From: the human T2T-CHM13v2.0 reference genome, Homo sapiens
Assembly: GCF_009914755.1 (NCBI RefSeq)
Contig: NC_060945.1
Direction: 5' to 3' (one strand)
DNA length: 64,000 nucleotides
A program made the position numbers and the translations under genes. The notes beneath the pieces were generated by a model. The model ran no database searches. It was not told the origin of the DNA and saw only the letters and a program-made list of their open reading frames with translations. This document shows, in pieces, positions 45,300-59,519 of this stretch. The stretch's first letter is position 1, and each line of letters begins with the position of its first letter.

Positions 45300-46922
45300 A
45301 CATGAGCAAGAGGAGGCTGGGGTGGTCCATGTGGCAATGGATTAGAATTGAAGGGACCAATAGGAGCTCACATCTGACTTAATATACACACAGAGGCTGG
45401 GCACAGCGGCTCACACCTGTAATCTCAGCACTTTGGGAGGCTGAGGTGGGCGGATCATGAGGTCAGGAGTTCGAGACCAGCCTGACCAACATGGTGAAAC
45501 CCCCGTCTCTTCTAAAAATACAAAAATTAGCCTGGCGTGGTGGCATGCGCCTGTAATCCCAGCTACTCAGGAGGCTGAGGCAGGAGAATTTCTTGAGTCG
45601 GGGACGCAGAGGTGGCAGTGAGCCGAGATTGTGCCACTGCAGTCTAGCCTGGGCGACAGAGCGAGACTCCGTCTCAAAAAATAATATATACATACACACA
45701 CAGAGTGTGTATATATATATATACATACATACACACACACACACACACGGAGGCCATATGTGGAATTGGTTATGGATATGTGTACATACCCATGTCAGTG
45801 TACACGCAATGCTTTCTTGCTCTGTCAGCCGAGAGGGCCTAGAAGCAGGGACACCCAGTAGCAACAAGCACACCTAGCACCCAGGCCTTGGTTTCTAATA
45901 CCCTCTCCAGGAATAGGAACCTGGGCTCCTTGGAGAAATGGCTGATTCTACAATTGGGGCAGGAAATATACAAGATGAGCCTGGAATGCCCTGTAAGTGC
46001 CAGAATAAAAAGAAGTGCTCAAAAACACAGGAAGGAAAACAGGCTCACTTATGGGGTGTGTCACAGGGCCACAGGATCCAACCGAAGGAGCTCCCAATGG
46101 CCAATGCTGGAACACTGGGAGCAACATTTAGTAAAGTTGTATGGAATTGTAGCCCACAGTATGAGTCCATACAGAATAAACAAAAATGGTGGAAGAGACA
46201 AATACGTGGGGGAGAAGAAACAAATGTCCCATGCCAGATTCCAAATGACGTGGGCAGACGCCCCCTCGAGGAGGTGCTGTGGACCCCCCACCCTAAGCGT
46301 GGGCTGTGCACAGTGACTCCCTTCCAGAGCACACGGCCTGGAGATAGGGAGAGAGAGGGTGACCTTACAGTGGGGAAGCCTGACTCACAGCACCTCAGCC
46401 AGGTGGCCAAGGTCAACGTCAACAGGAAGGACTCCTTTGGAAGTGTGTGCCTTTGACATGATTTGGCCACAATCGCCCTGCTCCTTTGTGGTCTTCCCCC
46501 TCAAACACCCTTAACCCCAGTCTAATCAGGAGAAAAACATCAGGAAGATACTAACTAAGGGACAGTCTACAAGGTACCTGACTAGGCTTCCTCAACACTG
46601 TCAAGATCATCAAAAGCAAGGAAAGGCCAGGAAATCGCTACAGCCAAAGGGAGCTGAGGACACAGAACGACTAAATGTCATGTGGGGTCCTGGATGGGAT
46701 CCTGGGACAGAGAAAGGACATGTTTAACAAAAAGGAAATCTGAATAAACATGGACTTCAGTTAATAATAAAGTATCAGTATTGGTTCATTTATTTTAACA
46801 AGTGTAACTTCCTGAAGGAAGGTGGTAAAACTGGGGTAGGGTCTATGGGAACTCCATGCACTATCCTTGCAAGTTTTCTGTAGATCTAAAATAGTTCTAA
46901 AATAAAAATTTGATTTTAAAAA
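45300..46922 (+). mobile_element. L1MC/MD-type 3' end with inserted Alu (45395-45685) and (TA)n(CA)n tail
   Basis: GAGGGCCTAGAAGC..ACACCCAGTAGCAAC, GGGCTCCTTGGAGAAATGGCTGATTCTA, GGGTCCTGGATGGGATCCTGG, terminal TTCTAAAATAAAAA. Confidence 0.8.
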
Positions 46923-48294
46923 TATAATTAGTGAATTAAACCTGCCACTCCTGGGTATTACTGCTTAGAGGGGACCCCACCATAGCACTCAGGGCACCCA
47001 GTCCCCCCACTGAAATGGCTCACCGGGGGCCCAGCTCTGCCCTCAGGGTTCTCTCCAGAACATTTCTCATGAAGTTTTCGGGAAGTTACTCTCTTTCTAC
47101 CAAGGTTATGAGGCTGGTAGGGTGTGAGCTCTGGGCAGCCAGCCAACCCTGATACTGGCCATACGGGAGGGGAAGGCCTTTGGGGGAGGGGAGGGGAGAG
47201 AGGGAAATTGAGTCCCTGATTCTACTTGGCGTCTAAAGCCAGATCAATCTCTGGACTATTTAGTTATGAGTCAAAACATAGCCTTTGCTTAAGTTTATTT
47301 GACCTGAGCTTCCTTCTTCTGTAGCTGAAAGCATTCTCACACACCTGAGATACGAGCAAGATTTGCTAGTCCTGTGTTTTAGACAGGAAAAGAAAAAAGC
47401 TTTGGAGAGCCATGTATGGTGTCATCCAATAATGAACTGAAATTTGTATTGGGCACCTCATCAGTGAAAAGCTCAAATCTGTTTGTTTCTGAAGCACCGG
47501 GCTTCCCTGTGCACAGTGGCCAAAGCTCCTTGTTCTTTGTTTATTAGGATGGTTGAGGACCGGCTTGCCTTAAAATAACTAACGTTTTGCTGGTGGGCTA
47601 TTAGATTTGCTCCTACCACTGTGCTTTGAAAGGGAGTTTATCTGAAAGCAGCAATGGCCACGACCGCCCGCCCCCCGCCCCCACCGCCGCCGTCCACCGA
47701 TGTGTTTCAGAAGCACAGTCACAGAGCTACTCCCGAACAAATGTCAAATAAATGTAGACTGTGGTTGCCAGGAAGACAGCCTTGGAACGGTGCTCGTTCT
47801 GTGCCCACAGGGCAGCCCAGTGCATGCTTTGGCTGTGGGGTGAGCAGGACCCATGAAGGCTGCAAGGAATGACACGGGGGGAGGGCGCTCCAGGCCTCTG
47901 CAATTATTCGGAGATTTCAGCTGCCCCCGGAGGATCCTCCTCCCAACAGCCAGATGCCTGACGTGGAATTAGCTCCAGAAATGGTTGCAATTCCCCTGAT
48001 AGGGAGAGAAATTTTCTCTAGAGTGCTCGACTCACTCTAAAGGGGCCTCTTCAGCAATTCGTAAACCTACGCTCCTGAGGGGGAAAGAAACTGCAACTGC
48101 CATGGCAACGGTGATCTAGTGCTTGTTCCACAGAATGCGGACCTCACAGGGCCACCGCAAAGCAGCCCAGATTCTATTCATATGTTAGAAAGCAGGAAAG
48201 GAGGCAGGGAGAAGAGAGCAAAGGCAGGATAACAGCATCGTTTGTGTGGGCGAAATGCTCTCCACACTTTATACCAGATCGTCCCTGCCAGGGT

Positions 48295-48390
48295 CCTACT
48301 GCTCCATTTTACAGAGAAGAAAACTGAGGCACGGGAAGGCTAAGGGGTGTATCCAGTGTCCCCAGCAGGTAAGAGCTGGATTCAGACCCC
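48295..48390 (-). mobile_element. MIR fragment
   Basis: CCATTTTACAGAGAAGAAAACTGAGGCAC...GAGCTGGATTCAGACCC. Confidence 0.8.
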
Positions 48391-49675
48391 AGGGCTGGCT
48401 GGCACAGCCACCCCGCAGACCTCTCTGTGCACCTGCACCTAAGTCGGCTCCACTCACTCCATGCCTTTGCCACCTCCAGTGGCTTCTGTCATGCCTAGAA
48501 CAGAACCCCAATCCGGAGAAAACTGACCCACTGTGGTCCCTGGCTGCTTCTTTCCACCATCTCCCTGCCCAGCACCCGCTGCCTCTGGCCTTCCCTTCCA
48601 GAGTCTCCTCCTCGTTCACTTGACTCACCTCTCTGCTCAAATGTCATCTCCACGATGCGTGCCCGGACCACAATATCTAAACCAGCAGCTCCAGGAATTC
48701 TCTATCCCCTTTCTCAGCTTTGTTTTTTTCCTTTAGAGCTCTTATCTCTGCCCTGACATTAGACATCTATCAATTGTTTATGGTCTATCTCCCCACCAAA
48801 ATATAAGTCCCAGGTTGGTAGAGCTCTGCTTGTCTTATTTACTGATGGAGCTTTTTGCACACCTCTTTTGGAGATAGCATTTGTCATGTCCTGCGGCTGT
48901 GCAGGGTTGGGTGGCCGGGGGCTAGGGTATTTTCTCTCATTTACATACCTCCCTCCTCTGTCTGCCAGTAAACTCCTCGGAGCTAAGGCCCAGCTGCATG
49001 TAGCCCCAACTCCTGCTCCCGACTCCCAGCTTCTGAGCCAATGCCTCACCCTGATCCAGACTCACTGAAGGTTTTTGCTATTGTCTGAATTTGGGTGGGG
49101 CCCAGGGGCTGGAAGACCCCTCATTCAGCTTGGCCTTGGTGGAATCCTGGCCAGGCACAGGTCATCTCCTCCTCATGCTTCCTCGCCTTGGCAAATCCTT
49201 GAGATTTCCCCGTCTCCCACCTTATGTAATTTTTCAGTAGACACTTCTTCGAAACACTGCAGCCTCTCCTGGTCTAAACTGGTCCAGAACAGTGTTTTCC
49301 CTCATTTAAGAACATCAAGGTGGTGGTGAGAATGGGCCTGCCCCCGAGGACTGGGGCATCCAGGACTGAACTCCGGAGTGCCCTGTCCCACCCTGAGCAT
49401 ACCAGAGAAGGGGAAGGCACACGACTGTGCAGGCCGCAGGTTGGACAGTGCTTAGAAAGCAAATCCAAAGGGAATGAGAGAACAGAAGAAGAGAAAGGAA
49501 ATGGTCCCTCAAGGCTGGGGATCTTGACAACAGCCATTCCCAGGCAGCTGCAACCTCAGAGAGGGACCCTTCTGAGGGGAGGCGCTTGCAGCTGGGCCAC
49601 CGGAGACCACGTCCAGGTGAAGGCACTGGGTATTCCTCACTCCACCGGGCTCTCAGATCCAAATTACTCAAATGA

Positions 49676-50148
<473 letters not shown>

Positions 50149-50316
50149 TAGAAGAAGCGGGCTGGCAGGAGCCCTGTGCTCTCCCTGCAAGAAAGGGTCA
50201 GAGACCCCCTCTGACCTGAGCAAACACCTGGTGTTTCAGACAGGTAGGAGTGAGAGGGCCTCCAGCAGGCGGCTTCCTGCTCATGGGAGCAGGTGGTCCT
50301 TAAGAAATTAATCGGA

Positions 50317-50628
50317 GGCCAAGCGTGGTGGCTCACGCCTGTAATCCCAGCACTTTGAGAGGCTGAGTCGCGCAGATCACGAGGTCGGGAGTTGAAGACC
50401 AGCCTGGCCAACATGGTGAAAACCCATCTCTACTAAAAACACAAAAATTAGCTGGTCATGGTGGCATGTGCCTGTAATCCCAGCTACTCCAGAGGATGAG
50501 GCAGGAGAATTGCTTGAACCGGGACCTGGGACGTGGAGGTTGCAGTGAGCTGAGATCTTGCCGCTCTACTCCAGCCTGGGCTACAGAGCCAGACTGTCTC
50601 GAAAAAAATAAAAGAAAAAGAAAAAAGA
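50317..50628 (+). mobile_element. Alu (S) with TSD AAGAAATTAATCGGA
   Basis: TSD at 50302-50316 and 50629-50643. Confidence 0.94.
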
Positions 50629-52659
50629 AAGAAATTAATCGGATAAAGCGTGGCCACAGTTTCTTTCACTAAAATAAATACAAACTCTTGCACCTAAAAC
50701 TAGCATTCATTCAGTCCATTTCTAAAGGAATGTGACAGGCACTGCACAAGTCACTCAAAATAAACAGGACGCAGCCCTCTGTACACAGCTTGCTACTGAG
50801 TGGGAATGACAGGACCTATGGATCTACGCTGTTAGGGACGATGGAGCTCAGGTCTGAGGACAGTTAGGATTCCAAGTCCTATTTCTGGAAATGACATCAT
50901 CAGTTTGCAGTTTCTTGCACTTTTGATGGCTGACTCAATTTGGAGTCAGGCCTGAGCAGAGGGGTCATTTGGCTTCTTGGATCAGCCTTGACCCTCACTT
51001 ATAATCTGCAGCTGCTCACACGGTCACCTTGGGAAGCTCCCGGAGGCCAGGGATGCTAAAAAGAGACTCAGACGCCCACCACTCTCCCAGGGCCGGCCTG
51101 AGAGGTCCACACAGAAAGGCCCCTGCCTTTTGGGTTGGCTTCTCACAGGAGGTCATTTCCCACCAAGGAACTTTCTGCGGCTGGAGGAAATGAGATTCTT
51201 ACAGAAACACCAGCTGGCTGGCGAGCTGAAAGTGCCTGTGGGGGGCTAAGGATCAACCTCCAGGCTACTGTGGCCGAAGCATTCGGGCCCCCAGCTCGCC
51301 CCAGCCTGGCCTGCTTGGACCCTCCTCCAGTTCTCTAAGCATCGTTCCTCGGTCTTCCCACAAAAAACGCAGCCCTATAAACCACAACGAGCTCGAGAGG
51401 TGGGGTTCACTTGCACCAAAGGGCCCCAAAGCCCCACCTAGGGTGCCTGTCAGTCACACTCAGACACTGGCTCATAAGGAGTGGGCTGGCCCAGAGAACA
51501 GCCCAGGTCACTGGAAGGAAGTGTGAATTGAAAACCAGTCAGCGATCCAGAAATTGGAATGAGATAGAAGGTGGGAGATGAGTTGCAGGTGGGCCACGCT
51601 CCTCATGAAGAGAGTTAAGCATCTTTAGGCCTAGCTGCGCAAAGGGGATGGGGAGGGCTCCCACCTTAGAGACCATCCTGACACGCAAAGCACTCTGGCC
51701 CAGGTGGCCGTGCTGATGGCAAAACCTCGTGACCAAAACAAGGTTATCTTCCCAGCTGCGCTATCCCCAGCTCATGCCGAGAAGGTCACGTGCTACAGCA
51801 GAGCCCCGTAACTGCCTTTGGGGCACGTGGCCTCTGTGTGTGCATCTGGGGACCCAGCTCCAGTGGACATAGGCGACAAGAGAGTCACAGGCCCGTGGCT
51901 GGGGACAGAGGCCTCCTGGGGTTTGCAGGAGGCAGCACCTCTCCAGTTCAGAAAAGCCATTTTAGCCCAAGGGGGCGGGGGGTGCAGAGTTGGCTTTTCG
52001 TATTGTTTTTAATGTTAATGAAGTCAGAGGCAGACGAGCTTTGTACAGAAGGAGCAAGGTTGCACAAAGTCACTCGCTGATGGAACACTGGCCGTCCACT
52101 CAGCTCCAAGTGTGGGGCCTGCCTCTGCCGGAGAGGCCCCCAGGAGCCTCCCTCGGTCCTTGCCCTCAGCAAGTTTATTATAGAGTGGGCAGGACCAGCA
52201 CTGTTGCAGCGCACAGGGTGGGAGCCTTGGGGACAGCCGCATGGCAGCCTCCCAGGAGGCCCCGGGCTGAGGGATTTGCAGCACGCTCCCATCCTCCCAG
52301 TTAATCCTCAGCTTTCGGGTTGCTCGTTGTCATCCTCATTTGATAAATGAAAAATCTGCGGCTTGGGGAGGAGACACAGGTTGTCCAGGGTCACACAGTA
52401 GGCACCACCGAGGCGTGCTGGGGGTCTCAGGGACCCGGGGAGGAGCTCCTGGGTCTGCTCCAGGGATCCAGGGATTCAAGGAAGATGTGACCGTGTAGAT
52501 GACACCGTAACAAATCTTAAAGAATAAGGTGACCAAGGGGAGGAGAAATGGAGGGACATTCTTCTCCAATGAGACAATGTGCAAAGTCAGGAAAGTGACA
52601 CCAGAGAATCTGGTGCCTTCAGGAGTGGGGACAAAGGCTACAGGGACCAGACAACAGAG

Positions 52660-52852
52660 GCAGGCGTGCCACCCACCCAGGGGTCCTGAAAAAGCCTGGG
52701 CATGCCACCCTGGGGGCTCCACAGGAAGCCTGGGCAGGCCACCCTGTGGGGGACCATGGGAAGTCCAGGCAGACCACCCCAGAGGCCATGAGAAGCCCAC
52801 ATGTGCCACCCTGGGAGGCCATGGGAAGCCCACATGTGCCACCCTGGGAGGC
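52660..52852. repeat. Degenerate ~34-bp GC-rich minisatellite (GCCACCCTGGGAGGCCATGGGAAGCCCACATGT)
   Basis: 5-6 diverged copies; the last two are nearly identical. Confidence 0.8.
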
Positions 52853-53739
52853 TAGTCTCTAATGAGGCCAAGCAGGGACATGACAGGGACGGATAAGCAG
52901 GAGAGAAAGATCCCTGGGGAAGTGCACGAGGAAAGGACGGAGGGGGAAGGGGAAGCTGGAGACCTGGAGGCCACCAAAATGCACCGAGAGAAGGCAAGGT
53001 GGCCCTGACCCATCTGCTTCCCACAGAGGCACTTGCTGTCCACTAGCGGGGGTCAGGGCAACCAGCAAACACCCCCTCGTGAAGCGCCACGACTCGACAT
53101 CGCAACCGCAAAATGATAAGTACTTGCTCAGCCCCAGAAGGCCACGGCACCACTTTGCGTCTACAAGGATCTGTTCTTTCCTATCCAGCCACTTCTGAGA
53201 AAGTGGGAGGGTACTGCTTTGTCCTGGCTAATTTTCTGTCACTTTCACTCCCCCTTTCTCTGAGTTTATGGCAAAAATAACCTCACCGCTCAAATTTTTT
53301 GGAAATAAAAAATTTTTAAAAAGCCTAGAATCCCACCACTCTAAACACTTCATATCCCAAATCATTTCAACTCTGCTGGATTTCACAAAGCCTGATGCTG
53401 GCGTGCAAGCTCAGTGGGGCGGGGCGGCTCTGTGCGCGGGTGGATGGCCAGGACTGCAGGTGGCATGCACTCAACAAGTGGGCCGTGGGTGCACATGGAC
53501 AGGCGGCCAGCGTGCAAATGCCCCTGCCGTCTCTGCAGTCACCAGACGTGGCAGAAGCCTCTCCCTCGGCCTCTGTCCCCTCGTCATAGTCACCGTCCTC
53601 AATGCTCCCCTCTGTAAGCACGCCAGTTTCCTTTCCCAACCTGGGGAAATCTAGGTCACTTCTTTCTTACTTTTTTCATTTTAATTTTCTATTATAAATG
53701 ATGCCTCCTTTCTGGGCTGATGAGAAACCCAGAATACCT

Positions 53740-54668
<929 letters not shown>

Positions 54669-54693
54669 TCAGGGGCCTGCTGGTCCATGGTGA

Positions 54694-55028
<335 letters not shown>

Positions 55029-56424
55029 TCCATTTTCTCTACTAGAAGAGGGACTTTGCCTTTTCTACCACATTGTTTGAAATATTTACAACTAGTAATA
55101 ATTTTGCAATTACCAAGACCATAAAAAGAAACAGGTGGAGGGTATATAAATCAAATACTACTACAACAGACACGGAAGTGAGATCTTTGTGCCAGTGTCT
55201 TCTCCTTTTGCACAAAAGTCAAGGGCAGACCATCTGCCCGTCTATTTATTGATCCCATCTTGTCGGTCTCCCCCAGAGAATGCCAGCCTCTTCAGGTCAA
55301 AGGGCACCCCCTTTCTCTGATTCTTGGTGCATCCCGCCCCGTGGTTATCCTGAAGAGCTCGTCGTGGCAGGTTCATTATACACGTACAAGACAGGCTGAT
55401 TCCTCTTGGTGTTCAATGGTGCACCTTTCGGAAGGTAAAGTGCCTTACCTCTGCCTGTCTGATTTATTTTAACTCTCTCCCATAAGGTTTCCAGGGTCCA
55501 GAGGGCTCCAATTCCGTTTCACAAGCCCTGCCCAGTGCCTGGTCTACAGCAAGCAGGCGCTGAATACATTTTGCTTGTTTGATGAACTGATTTTTCCCCA
55601 ACCCCCTGCACCACCCCCAGCTCGGAAGAGGTGGTGGAGGAAGTGACTGGAGTCTTTTCAGAATAGTCACGAGAAATGCTGGTTAGACCCAAGAGAGAAC
55701 AGGCAGATGATGCCCACGGGCAATGGTTCAGTAGCTGCCACTGACCATGGCTCTGACCCGCCAGGCCAGGACGGCTAGAGCACATGCTGGGAGCTGCTGG
55801 CCGTGGCAGGACACGCTGCCTGGACACCTTCTTTTGCCTTTGGGAACCCCCTTTAGACTTTCCCGGGGTGCTCGGACTTTCCTTCCCAGTATTCCAATCT
55901 CGTGGGAAGGTGATCACTCTTCAAGGATAGGCCAGACCCTTCTCTTCTCCTCATGTGCCTTCGCTTGTCCCTTTCTTGCTGGAGACGGTGAGCTGGCCAG
56001 GGACCTGGGAACCAGCAACCAGCTCCTCACTCCGCAGTCTTGGCCCTTCTTCCGGACTCAGCTCCTCCAATCTTCAATTTGGCTCTGATGCCCTAATTTG
56101 AAACTCTCCTTTGGTGTGATCTTTTTGGGAATTAAAGAGGGAGCTCTGCATACAGGAATGAGCCTGTGTGCACCCTGGAAGGTACCAGAAGAAAGTGCAG
56201 TCTGGGCAGAGAGTGGAGGCAGAGGCTGGACCCACTCGGCTCTTGGGAGCGCGGGGGCTTGGTACCTCCAGAATCTCCTCCATCTCCAGCCTCCTTCCCT
56301 GTGACACACGGGCAGAATCTCACACTCTGTCTGAAGTTTCCAGACAGTTGGAAACGTCGCTCATGCATATATGAACTCAGTCACCACGTTCCCCAAAGAC
56401 CCAAGGCCTGAGCTGAGGAGGCAT

Positions 56425-56675
56425 TCGACCCCAGCCAGCGTCCCCAGCCTCGTCCCCCCAAGGGTCCCCAGCCTCATCCCCACCCAGGGTCCCCAGCCTC
56501 AACCCCACCCAGGGTCCCCAGCCTCGACCCCACCCAGGGTCTCCAGCCTCGTCCCCACCCAGGGTCCCCAGCCTCGACCCCACCCAGGGTGGCCAGCCTC
56601 GACCCTACCCAGGGTCCCCAGCCTCATCCCCACCCAGGCTCCCCAGCCTCGACCCCACCCGGGGTCCCCAGCCTG
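56425..56675. repeat. 25-bp minisatellite, ~10 copies (CAGGGTCCCCAGCCTCGACCCCACC)
   Basis: AGGGTCCCCA anchor at 56461, 56486, 56511 ... 56661. Confidence 0.95.
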
Positions 56676-57009
56676 GCCCGCGGCCTGCCTGGCAGAGGCA
56701 GGAGGTTCCCTTCGTTTTTATCTTGATTCTGAGGAACGAACATTGGCTGCATTCCCGACAGCCGGGCCAGGAGCAGGGATGTAGGTTTAGGATACCAGGA
56801 GACCCTGGGGCTGATGTGGGGGGCACAGAGCAGGCGCCACTTCTGGAACCTTCCCCACCAAGGCTGTTCAGGACCAACGAGCATGACTGCAGGCAGAGCC
56901 AGGGGAAGGAAGGCAGAGAATAGGCATAATGCCCACCTAGGAAATAGGCACAAATGAAGACCCCACAACCTCCAACTTGGATGCGGAGTCAACCATTCCT
57001 CACTACCTG

Positions 57010-57455
57010 CACTGGTGAGGTCTGTGTGTCCACCTGGCCAGCCCGGGATGCCCAATAGCTGGGGATGCGCTGTTTCTGGGGGAGTCTGTGAGGTGCCTCT
57101 GGCTGAGACCAGCGTTTGCAGTGGTGGACTGTGGCGAGCAGATGCCTCCCTGTGTGCATGGGATCATGCAACCCCTTGAAGGGCTGAAGAGAACAAGAAG
57201 GCAGAGGAAGGAGGAACTTGCCTCTTTCCTCCCACCTGCCTGCTTGGGCTGGGACACTGGCCTTCTCCTGCCCTGGGACTGGGTCCCCACCATCAGCTCC
57301 CGGGTGCTGCCCTCAGGCTTGCACTGGAGCCACACCACCAGCTTTCCCGGGGCTCCGGCTTGCAGGCGGTAGCTGGCAGGACTTCTCAGCCTCCGTCCTC
57401 ATGTGAGCCAACTCCTCACTATTGGTCTGCTTCTCTGAAGGACCCCAACTCATGG
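57010..57455 (+). mobile_element. MLT2 (ERVL) LTR
   Basis: GATGCCCAATAGCTGG, GAACAAGAAGGCAGAGGAAGG, GGACTTCTCAGCCTCC..ATGTGAGCCAA, CTATTGGTCTGCTTCTCTG. Confidence 0.8.
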
Positions 57456-57539
57456 GTCCACCTGACCGTGGTCCAAGTCCCATCACACTTTGCAAAGCTG
57501 ACTGCAGCTGCTGCTCACTGGCCTCCCTGCCTGGCCCCT

Positions 57540-58165
57540 TCCATGCACCCTCCTCCAGCATCCAAGAGGATCCTGTGAAAACCCACGTCAGACCATGGCC
57601 CTCTGCACCGCCTCCTGCAAGGCATGCAGTGGAGGAAGAGTGACCTCAAGTCACTCGTGTGACCACGCGGGGTTGCCCCCGTCACCTCTCTGACCTCACA
57701 GCCCACTACGGTCCCCCACAGCCCACTCCCTCCCTCCGCTCTGGCCACGTGGCCTCCTGCATAAGGCTGCTTCTGTGCCAGAACGTCCTTCCCTCTGACA
57801 CACACAGGCTCCTTGCTCCTAACACCTGTAAGATCCCTCCTCCTATGTGACCTTTTGCCTGGCCACTTTCTCTAAAATTCCAACTCCCTCACACTGCACA
57901 TTCCCTCACACTGCACATTCTATATCCCCTTCCCCGCAGGATTTTTCTTTTTTAGAGATGGGGTCTCACTATGGATTTTTCTTCTTTGCCTTAATTTTTA
58001 TCCAACACCCTACACATTCTATTTATTTATACCATCGTGTCTGTCTTCCCCAGAGAATGCCAGCTTCTTCAGGCCAGGGATCTCTGCTTATTCTGTTCAC
58101 TACTGAATTCCCAGTGCCCAGAACAGCACCCAACACGCAGTAATGAGATTGTTGACGAATGGAAG
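57540..58165 (+). mobile_element. L2 3' fragments
   Basis: TGTTCACTACTGAATTCCCAGTGCCCAGAACAGCACC...TTGTTGACGAATG. Confidence 0.65.
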
Positions 58166-59519
58166 ACCGCACTGCTCCATGGGGATCTGGGAGAGGAAAG
58201 GGTTCCTCTCTAGGCAGCTGCTGAGGCCTCATCGATCCAGTATCTACACAGGGGTCCAGTCCAGCTCCTAAGAGTGCAAAGTAATTATAGATGCGATTAT
58301 TCTCCTGAGCACAGAATCAGCCAGGCAGTGTGAGGGGCCAGCCTGCACTGGTGCTGGACGCACACAGAGTCTCAGAGCCACACCCTCCACCTCCTGGGGA
58401 ACTGCCCTGCAGAACCACCCCCCATGGGCGGGCACTCGTCCTTCTGGGGCTCTTGGAGGAAATGGTTACAGAAGACTAGGCCAGATGACAATAAGGGATG
58501 GAGAATAACTAAGTGCCAAGCCAACGAGCCATCTGCTGGTAAGAACTCCATGCCAGGCAGCACAGGCGGTCCCAACAGCACGATCTCTGGATTAGCCCAA
58601 ATAGCATCGGAACATTTGACAACAAATTGAACTACTAGTAATAGTGCTCACTTCAATGAGCCGGGGACACAGTATCCCCATGGCGAGTCAGGTGGCCCGC
58701 TGTAACCACCCAGCTGGGTCTCCCCACCCCAAAGGCCTCCAGGCTGTCCCCTTCTCATCCTGTCACTTGAAAAGCAAAACTCATGGTGCCAAAGCTCTGA
58801 CACGGACTCCACTGGAGCTGTGGGCAGGGGGTGCCAAGGTACCGAGTTCCAAGCCGTTGTTATTTGAGAGCGTGCCCCCCGCCATGAGAGCAGGTGGGGG
58901 GACATAAAGTGACACAGGATGGACTGGCCAAAGGCTGAGGACGATCACTTACCTCACAGGATGATGCCACCCCCACGGACAGGCAAGGAGCTCTCACCTT
59001 CCCCAGGACCCCAGCTGCCACCAGAGCTCCAGATGGCCCTGGGGGTGTCTGTAAAGCCTGTGACCGTCCACCAGGTGGAGACCAGGCTGGCCAGGGGAGG
59101 GAGAGGAAGTGACCACTGGCCCTGGCACTGGCTGGCCGGCTCCAGCAGGCCCGAAGGGGAGGGAGGAGCCTGGGTGCACCAGACTCTCTCAATAAGCAGC
59201 ACCCAGACACTTAACAGATGGAAAGCGGTGGCTTGGAACTCACTTCCAACGAAACAATAGCACATGCTCCGGCTGGCTTTGACACTTGCTTCCAAAGGCG
59301 ACCTGCACCCAGGGCCAGGACCACGGCATCTGAGCCTCCTCCCCCAGCCGCCAACCCCATTCCCAATGGAGGAGCCCAGGAGAACTGGGGGCGGCCAAGG
59401 CAGCCCTTCCCTGCTCCGCAGATCCAGAGGATGCCCACAGCCCCCTTCCCCTCCCGCCTTTCCCACACTCCCTGTAGCAATTCACACAAGCGGGGAGGGG
59501 ACGAAACTGCTGAATCCAG

